From assembly GCA_043228905.1 (NCBI GenBank), contig JBHGNT010000606.1, positions 1 through 19,423 on the forward strand: a stretch of DNA of 19,423 nt. Direction: 5' to 3'. The notes under the pieces are model-generated. The model was not told the origin of the DNA. It saw only the letters and a program-made list of their open reading frames with translations, and did not search any database. Positions 10,571-19,423 of this stretch are shown here, one piece after another. The stretch comes from Azolla caroliniana. Taxonomy: Eukaryota; Plantae; Polypodiophyta. Each line of letters starts with the position of its first letter. Position 1 is the stretch's first letter. A program made the position numbers and the translations under genes.

Positions 10571-12639
10571 CAAGATTTTGAAACTCAGGTCGAGAGATAT
10601 GAAGAAATTAGCAATCTTGAGGAGGGAGTTGAGAGGAGCCCTGGAGTAAATTAAAATGTTCAGACCTGGCTCGTGTGATATCGGATTTGTGTGTTCAAAC
10701 ATGCGAATCGAAGCTAACAACGCTAGCTATTATATGGAACTAGAAAATCAAGATTTTGAAACTCAGGTCGAAAGATATGAAGAAATTAGCAACCTTGAGG
10801 AGGGAGTTGAGAGGAGCCCTTGAGTAAATTAAAATGTTCATACCTGGCTCGTGTAATATCGGATTTTTGTGTTCAAACATGCGAATCGTAGCTAACCACG
10901 CTAGCTATTATATGGTATTAAGAAATCAAGATTTTGAAACTCAGGTCGAGAGACATGAAGAAATTAGCAATCTTGAGGAGGGAGTTGAGAGGAGCCCTTG
11001 AGTAAATTAAAATGTTCATACCTGGCTCGTGTGATATCGTATTTTTGTGTTCAAACATTCCTATCGAATCTAACAACGCTAGCTATTATATGGAACTAGA
11101 AAATCGAGATTTTGAAACTCAGGTCGAGAGACATGAAGAAATTAGCAATCTTGAGGAGGGAGTTGAGAGGAGCCCTTGAGTAAATTAAAATGTTCATACC
11201 TGGCTCGTGTGATATCGGATTTTTGTGTTCAAACATGCGAATCGAAGCTAACAACGCTTGCTATTATATGGTATTAAAAAATCAAGATTTTGAAACTCAG
11301 GTCGAGAGATATGAAGAAATTAGCAAACTTGAGGAGGGAGTTGAGAGGAGCCCTTGAGTAAATTAAAATGTTCATACCTGGCTCGTGTGATATCGGATTT
11401 GTGTGTTCAAACATGCGAATCGAAGCTAACAACGCTAGCTATTATATGGAACTAGAAAATCAAGATTTTGATACTCAGGTCGAGAGATATGAAGAAATTA
11501 GCAAACTTGAGGAGGGAGTTGAGAGGAGCCCTTCAGTAAATTAAAATGTTCATACCTAGCTCGTGTGATATCGGATTTTTGTGTTCAAACATGCGAATCG
11601 AAGCTAACAACGCGAGCTATTATATGGAACTAGAAAATCAAGATTTTGAAACTCAGGTCGAGAGATATGAAGAAATTAGCAATCTTGAGGAGGGAGTTGA
11701 GAGGAGCCCTTGAGTAAATTAAAATGTTCATACTTGGCTCGTGTGATATCGGATTTTTGTGTTCAAACATGCGAATCGAAGCTAACAACGCCTGCTATTA
11801 TATGGAACTAGGAAATCAAGATTTTGAAACGCAGGTCGAAAGATATGAAGAAATTAGCAATCTTGAGGAGGGAGTTGAGAGGAGCCCTTGAGTAAATTAA
11901 AATGTTCATACCTGGCTCGTGTAATATCGGATTTTTGTGTTCAAACATGCGAATCGTAGCTAACTACGCTAGCTATTATATGGTATTAAGAAATCAAGAT
12001 TTTGAAACTCAGGTCGAGAGACATGAAGAAATTAGCAATCTTGAGGAGGGAGTTGAGAGGAGCCCTTGAGTAAATTAAAATGTTCATACCTGGCTCGTGT
12101 GATATCGGATTTGTGTGTTCAAACATGCGAATCGAAGCTAACAACGCTAGCTATTATATGGAACTAGGATATCAAGATTTTCAAACTCAGGTCGAAAGAT
12201 ATGAAGAAATTAGCAATCTTGAGGAGGGAGTTGAGAGGAGCCCTTGAGTAAATTAAAATGTTCATACCTGGTTCGTGTGATATCGGATTTTTGTGTTCAG
12301 ACATGCGAAAGGAAGCTAACAACGCTAGCTATTATATGGAACTAAAAATTCAAGATTTTGAAACTGAGGTCGAGAGATATGAAGAAACTAGCAATCTTGA
12401 GGAGGGAGTTGAGAGGAGCCCTTGAGTAAATTAAAATGTTCATACCTGGCTCGTGTGATATCGGATTTGTGTGTTCAAACATGCGAATCGAAGCTAACAA
12501 CGCTAGCTATTATATGGAACTAGAAAATCAAGATTTTGAAACTCAGGTAGAGAGATATGAAGAAATTAGCAAACTTGAGGAGGGAGTTGAGAGGCGCCCT
12601 TGAGTAAATTAAAATGTTCATACATGGCTCGTGTGATAT

Positions 12640-15600
12640 CGGATTTTTGTGTTCAAACATGTGAATCGAAGCTAACAACGCTAGCTATGATATGGAACTA
12701 AAAAATCAAGATTTTGAAACTCAGGTCGAGAGATATGAAGAAATTAGCAATCTTGAGGAGGGAATTGAGAGGAGCCCTTGAGTACATTAAAATGTTCATA
12801 CCTGGCGCGTGTGATATCGGATTTTTGTGTTCAAACATGCGAATCGAAGCTAACAATGCTAGCTATTCTATGGAACTAAAAAATCAAGATTTTGAAACTC
12901 AGGTCGAGAGACATGAAGAAATTAGCAAACTTGAGGAGGGAGTTGAGAGGAGCCCTTGAGTAAATTAAAATGTTCATACCTGGCTCATGTGATATCGGAT
13001 TTTTGTGTTCAAACATGCGAATCAAAGCTAACAACGCTAGCTATTATATGGAACTAGAAAATAAGGATTTTGAAACTCAGGTCGAGAGATATGAAGAAAT
13101 TAGCAATCTTGAGGAGGGAGTTTAGAGGAGCCCTTGAGTACATTAAAATGTTCATACCTGGCTCGTGTGATATCGGATTTTTGTGTTCAAACATGCGAAT
13201 CGAAGCTAACAACGCTAGCTATCATATGGAACTAAAAAATCAAGATTTTGAAACTCAGGTCGAGAGATATGAAGAAATTAGCAATCTTGAGGAGGGAGTT
13301 GAGAGGAGCCATTGAGTAAATTAAAATGTTCATACCTGGCCCGTGTGATATCGGATTTTTGTGTTCAAACATGCGAATCGAAGCTAACAACGCTAGCTAT
13401 GATATGGAACTAAAAAGTCAAGATTTTGAAACTCAGGTCGAGAGACATGAAGAAATTAGCAATCTTGAGGAGGGAGTTGAGAGGAGCCCTTGAGTAAATT
13501 AAAATGTTCATACCTGGCTCGTGTGATATCGGATTTTTGTGTTCAAACATGCGAATCGAAGCTAACAACGCTAGCTATGATATGGTATTAAAAAATCATG
13601 ATTTTGAAACTCAGGTCGAGAGACATGACGAAATTACCAAATTGGAGGAGTGAGTTGAGAAAACCTAGTAGGTAAATTAAAATGTTCATACCTGGCTCGT
13701 GTTATATCGGATTTTTGTGTTCAAAGATGCGAATCAAGCTAACAACGCTAGCTATTATATGGAACTAAAAAATCAAGATTTTGAAACTCAGGTCGAGAAA
13801 TATGAAGAAATTAGCAATCTTGAGGAGGGAGTTGAGAGGAGCCCTTGAGTACATTAAAATGTTCATACCTGGCCCGTGTGATATCGGATTTTTGTGTTCA
13901 AACATGCGAATCGAAGCTCACAACGCTAGTTATGATATGGTATTAAAAAATCATGATTTTGAAATTGAGGTCGAGAGACATGAAGAAATTAGCAATCTTG
14001 AGGAGGGAGTTGAGAGGAGCCCTTGAGTACATTAAAATGTTTATACCTGGCACGTGTGATATCGGATTTTTGTGTTCAAACATGCGAATCGAAGCTAACA
14101 ATGCTAGCTATTATATGGAACTAAAAAATCAAGATTTTGAAACTCAGGTCGAGAGATATGAAGAAATTAGCAATCTTGAGGAGGGAGTTGAGAGGAGCAC
14201 TTGAGTATATTAAAATGTTTATACCTGGCTCGTGTGATATCGGATTTTTGTGTTCAAACATGCGAATCGAAGCTCACAATGCTAGCTATGACATGTTATT
14301 AAAAAATCAAGATTTTGAAACTCACGTAGAGAGACATGACGAAATTACCTAATTTGAGGAGTGAGTTGAGAGGAGCCCTTGAGTACATTACAATGTTCAT
14401 ACCTGGCTCGTGTGATATCGGATTTTTGTGTTCAAACATGCGAATCGAAGCTAACAATGCTAGCTATTATATAGAACTAAAAAATCAAGATTTTGAAACT
14501 CAGGTCGAGAGATATGAAGAAATTAGCAATCTTGAGGAGGGAGTTGAGAGGAGCCCTTGAGTAAATTAAAATGTTCATACCTGGCTCGTGTGATATCGGA
14601 TTTTTGTGTTCAAACATGCGAATCGAAGCTCACAACGCTAGCTATGATATGGTATTAAAAAATCATGATTTTAAAATTGAGGTCGAGAGACATGAAGAAA
14701 TTAGCAATCTTGAGGAGGGAGTTGAGAGGAGCCCTTGAGTACATTACAATGTTCATACTTGGCACGTGTGATATCGGATTTTTGTGTTCAAACATGCGAA
14801 TCGAAGCTAACAATGCTAGCTATTATATGGAACTAAAAAATCAAGATTTTGAAACTCAGGTCGAGAGATATGAAGAAATTAGCAATCTTGAGGAGGGAGT
14901 TGAGAGGAGCCCTTGAGTACATTAAAATGTTCATACCTGGCTCGTGTGATATCGGATTTTTGTGTTCAAACATGCGAATCGAAGCTCACAACGCTAGCTA
15001 TGACATGTTATTAAAAAATCAAGATTTTGAAACTCAGGTAGAGAGACATGACGAAATTACCTAATTTGAGGAGTGAGTTGAGAGGAGCCCTTGAGTACAT
15101 TACAATGTTCATACTTGGCTCGTGTGATATCGGATTTTTGTGTTCAAACATGCGAATCGAAGCTAACAATGCTAGCTATTATATGGAACTAAAAAATCAA
15201 GATTTTGAAACTCAGGTCGAGAGATATGAAGAAATTAGCAATCTTGAGGAGGGAGTTGAAAGGAGCCCTTGAGTACATTAAAATGTTCATACCTGGCTCG
15301 TGTGATAGCGGATTTTTGTGTTCAAACATGCGAATCAAGCTAACAACGCTAGCTATTATATGGAACTAAAAAATCAAGATTTTGAAACTCAGGTCGAGAA
15401 ATATGAAGAAATTAGCAATCTTGAGGAGGGAGTTGAGAGGAGCACTTGAGTACATTAAAATGTTTATACCTGGCTCGTGTGATATCGGATTTTTGTGTTC
15501 AAACATGCGAATCGAAGCTAACAATGCTAGCTATTATATGGAACTAAAAAATCAAGATTTTGAAACTCAGGTCGAGAGATATGAAGAAATTAGCAATCTT

Positions 15601-17520
15601 GAGGAGGGAGTTGAGAGGAGCCCTTGAGTACATTAAAATGTTCATACCTGGCGCGTGTGATATCGGATTTTTGTGTTCAAACATGCGAATCGAAGCTAAC
15701 AATGCTAGCTATTATATGGAACTAAAAAATCAAGATTTTGAAACTCAGGTCGAGAGATATGAAGAAATTAGCAATCTTGAGGAGGGAGTTGAGAGGAGCC
15801 CTTGAGTACATTAAAATGTTCATACCTGGCGCGTGTGATATCGGATTTTTGTGTTCAAACATGCGAATCGAAGCTAACAACGCTAGCTATGACATGGTAT
15901 TAAAAAATCAAGATTTTGAAACTCAGGTCGAGAGACATGACGAAATTACCTAATTTGAGGACTGAGTTGAGACGACCTAGTAGGTAAATTAAAATGTTCA
16001 TACCTGGCTCGTGTGATATCGGATTTTTGTGTTCAAACATGCGAATCAAGCTAACAACGCTAGCTATTATATGGAACTAAAAAATCAAGATTTTGAAACT
16101 CAGGTCGAGAAATATGAAGAAATTAGCAATCTTGAGGAGGGAGTTGAGAGGAGCCCCTGAGTACATTAAAATGTTTATACCTGGCTCGTGTGATATCGGA
16201 TTTTTGTGTTCAAACATGCGAATCGAAGCTAACAATGCTAGCTATTATATGGAACTTAAAAATCAAGATTTTGAAACTCAGGTCGAGAGATATGAAGAAA
16301 TTAGCAATCTTGAGGAGGGAGTTGAGAGGAGCACTTGAGTATATTAAAATGTTTATACCTGGCTCGTGTGATATCGGATTTTTGTGTTCAAACATGCGAA
16401 TCGAAGCTCACAACGCTAGCTATGACATGTTATTAAAAAATCAAGATTTTGAAACTCAGGTAGAGAGACATGACGAAATTACCTAATTTGAGGAGTGAGT
16501 TGAGAGGAGCCCTTGAGTACATTACAATGTTCATACCTGGCTCGTGTGATATCGGATTTTTGTGTTCAAACATGCGAATCGAAGCTAACAATGCTAGCTA
16601 TTGTATGGAACTAAAAAATCAAGATTTTGAAACTCAGGTCGAGAGATATGAAGAAATTAGCAATCTTGAGGAGGGAGTTGAGAGGAGCCCTTGAGTAAAT
16701 TAAAATGTGTATACCTGGCGCGTGTGATATCGGATTTTTGTGTTCAAACATGCGAATCGAAGCTAACAACGCTAGCTATGACATGGTATTAAGAAATCAA
16801 GATTTTGAAACTCAGGTCGAGAGACATGACGAAATTACCTAATTTGAGGACTGAGTTGAGACGACCTAGTAGGTAAATTAAAATGTTCATACCTGGCTCG
16901 TGTGATATCGGATTTTTGTGTTCAAACATGCGAATCAAGCTAACAACGCTAGCTATTATATGGAACTAAAAAATCAAGATTTTGAAACTCAGGTCGAGAA
17001 ATATGAAGAAATTAGCAATCTTGAGGAGGGAGTTGAGAGGAGCCCTTGAGTACATTAAAATGTTTATACCTGGCTCGTGTGATATCGGATTTTTGTGTTC
17101 AAACATGCGAATCGAAGCTAACAATGCTAGCTATTATATGGAACTAAAAAATCAAGATTTTGAAACTCAGGTCGAGAGATATGAAGAAATTAGCAATCTT
17201 GAGGAGGGAGTTGAGAGGAGCACTTGAGTATATTAAAATGTTTATACCTGGCTCGTGTGATATCGGATTTTTGTGTTCAAACATGCGAATCGAAGCTCAC
17301 AACGCTAGCTATGACATGTTATTAAAAAATCAAGATTTTGAAACTCAGGTAGAGAGACATGACGAAATTACCTAATTTGAGGAGTGAGTTGAGAGGAGCC
17401 CTTGAGTACATTACAATGTTCATACCTGGCTCGTGTGATATCGGATTTTTGTGTTCAAACATGCGAATCGAAGCTAACAATGCTAGCTATTGTATGGAAC
17501 TAAAAAATCAAGATTTCGAA
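12640..17520. repeat. Distinct satellite subfamily domain (~27 monomers) with 4-mer (712 bp) and 5-mer (889 bp) higher-order duplications; boundaries approximate
   Basis: Variants largely confined here: GAGTACATT, AACAATGCT, CTATGA(T/C)AT, GCTCACAA, TACCTAATT, GGAGTGAG, ACCTAGTAGG and a 1-bp deletion GAATCAAGCT. Offsets of 712 (13953/14665, 14137/14849, 14336/15048) and 889 (15972/16861, 16093/16982, 16470/17359). Confidence 0.88.
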
Positions 17521-17910
17521 ACTCAGGTCGAGAGACATGAAGAAATTAGCAATCTTGAGGAGGGAGTTGAGAGGAGCCCTTGAGTAAATTAAAATGTTTA
17601 TACCGGGGTCGTGTGATATCGGATATGTGTGTTCAAACATTCGTATCGAAGGTAACAACGCTAGCTATTAAATGGAACTAAATAATCAAGATTTTGAAAC
17701 TAAGGTCGAGAGATATGAAGAAATTACCAAATTTGAGGAGGGAGTTGAGAGGAGCCCTTGAGTAAATTAAAATGTTTATACCTGGGTCATGTGATATCGG
17801 ATATGTGTGTTCAAACCTTCGTATCGAAGCTAACAACGCTAGCTATTAAATGGAACTAAATAATCAAGATTTTGAAACTAAGGTCGAGAGACATGACGAA
17901 ATTACCAAAT

Positions 17911-19423
17911 TTGAGGAGGGAGTTGAGAGGAGCCCTTGAGTAAATTAAAATGTTCATACCTGGCTCGTGTGATATCGGATTTTTGTGTTCAAACATGCGA
18001 ATCGAAGCTAACAACGCTTGCTATTATATGGTATTAAAAAATCAAGATTTTGAAACTCAGGTCGAGAGATATGAAGAAATTAGCAAACTTGAGGAGGGAG
18101 TTGAGAGGAGCCCTTGAGTAAATTAAAATGTTCATACCTGGCTCGTGTGATATCGGATTTGTGTGTTCAAACATTCGTATCGATGCTAACAACGCTAGCT
18201 ATTATATGGTATTAAAAAATCAAGATTTTGAAACTCAGGTCGAGAGACATGACGAAATTACCAAATTTGAGGAGGGAGTTGAGAGGAGCCCTTGAGTAAA
18301 TTAAAATGTTCATACCTGGCTCGTGTGATATTGGGTTTTTATGTTCAAACATACGTATCGAAGCTAACAACGCTAGTTATTATATGGAACTAGAAAATCA
18401 AGATTTTGAAACTCAGGTCGAGAGACATGACGAAATTACCAAATTTGAGGAGGGAGTTGAGAGGAGCCCTTGAGTAAATTAAAATGTTCATACCTGGCGA
18501 GTGTGATATCGGATTTATGTGTTCAAACATTCGTATCGGATTTATGTGTTTATACCTGGGTCATGTGATATCGGATATGTGTGTTCAAACATTCGTATCG
18601 AAGCTAACAACGCTAGCTATTAAATGGAACTAAATAATCAAGATTTTGAAACTCAGGTCGAGAGATATGAAGAAATTAGCAATCTTGAGGAGGGAATTGA
18701 GAGGAGCCCTTGAGTAAATTAAAATGTTCAGACCTGGCTCGTGTGATATCGGATTTGTGTGTTCAAACATGCGAATCGAAGCTAACAACGCTAGCTATTA
18801 TATGGAACTAGAAAATCAAGATTTTGAAACTCAGGTCGAAAGATATGAAGAAATTAGCAACCTTGAGGAGGGAGTTGAGAGGAGCCCTTGAGTAAATTAA
18901 AATGTTCATACCTGGCTCGTGTAATATCGGATTTTTGTGTTCAAACATGCGAATCGTAGCTAACCACGCTAGCTATTATATGGTATTAAGAAATCAAGAT
19001 TTTGAAACTCAGGTCGAGAGACATGAAGAAATTAGCAATCTTGAGGAGGGAGTTGAGAGGAGCCCTTGAGTAAATTAAAATGTTCATACCTGGCTCGTGT
19101 GATATCGTATTTTTGTGTTCAAACATTCCTATCGAATCTAACAACGCTAGCTATTATATGGAACTAGAAAATCGAGATTTTGAAACTCAGGTCGAGAGAC
19201 ATGAAGAAATTAGCAATCTTGAGGAGGGAGTTGAGAGGAGCCCTTGAGTAAATTAAAATGTTCATACCTGGCTCGTGTGATATCGGATTTTTGTGTTCAA
19301 ACATGCGAATCGAAGCTAACAACGCTTGCTATTATATGGTATTAAAAAATCAAGATTTTGAAACTCAGGTCGAGAGATATGAAGAAATTAGCAAACTTGA
19401 GGAGGGAGTTGAGAGGAGCCCTT
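17911..19423. repeat. Dispersed third copy of the 1308-bp higher-order unit (matches ~9843-11355)
   Basis: Same ordered variants at offset 8068. Confidence 0.9.
18399..18638. repeat. Extended 240-bp rearranged monomer, copy 3
   Basis: Identical junction 8068 bp downstream of copy 2 (18507-18550). Confidence 0.95.

Larger units (their letters stand above)
8794..11414. repeat. Tandem higher-order duplication, 2 x ~1308 bp (six 178-bp monomers plus one 240-bp monomer)
   Basis: Ordered private variants (ATCGATGC, ATTGGGTTTT, 240-bp unit, TTCAGACC, GCAACCTT, AACCACG, TCCTATCGAATCT, ATCGAGATT, ACGCTTGC) recur at offset 1307-1308. Confidence 0.9.
1..19423. repeat. Tandem satellite DNA array, 178-bp monomer, ~109.5 copies, open at both window ends
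   Basis: The anchor CAAGATTTT recurs at 18, 196, 374, 552 (period 178) and the register holds to the end once 3 short units, 3 long units and six 1-bp deletions are counted. Approximate consensus: ATATGGAACTAAAAAATCAAGATTTTGAAACTCAGGTCGAGAGATATGAAGAAATTAGCAATCTTGAGGAGGGAGTTGAGAGGAGCCCTTGAGTAAATTAAAATGTTCATACCTGGCTCGTGTGATATCGGATTTTTGTGTTCAAACATGCGAATCGAAGCTAACAACGCTAGCTATT. All copies are in the same orientation. Confidence 0.99.

Noticed and set aside
12714-17583. Cluster of near-identical 71-98 aa ORFs (MKLRSRDMKKLAILRREL...)
   Set aside because: They arise because a subfamily SNP changes GAG-TAA-ATT to GAG-TAC/TAT-ATT, removing one stop. The 178-bp period shifts frame each unit so the ORFs overlap each other, many begin at TTG, and I recognise no domain.
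1-19423. CRISPR-like or cassette array
   Set aside because: No unique spacers or cargo: the whole unit is repeated, and there are no cas or recombinase genes.
1-19423. Hidden transposon or foreign insertion
   Set aside because: Length accounting closes exactly with monomer-derived sequence; no non-satellite segment or inversion was seen.

Overview
The entire 19,423-bp window is one uninterrupted head-to-tail tandem satellite array: about 109.5 copies of a 178-bp monomer (about 38% GC, G-rich top strand). This is typical of eukaryotic centromeric, pericentromeric or subtelomeric satellite DNA, but I cannot assign the family. The length accounts exactly: from position 90 to 19423 there are 109 units (109x178, minus 3x83 for three 95-bp truncated monomers, plus 3x62 for three 240-bp extended monomers, minus six 1-bp deletions), leaving no room for genes or inserted elements. 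The ORF track is an artefact of the repeat. I found no gene-based system. The notable content is the array's internal history: (i) variant-defined subdomains, including a distinct ~4.9-kb subfamily at ~12.6-17.5 kb; (ii) nascent higher-order repeats and block duplications of 4, 5 and ~7 monomers; (iii) a microhomology-flanked templated-insertion junction that was later amplified three times; (iv) a recurrent 83-bp deletion with mosaic flanks; (v) a monomer rich in short dyad symmetries.
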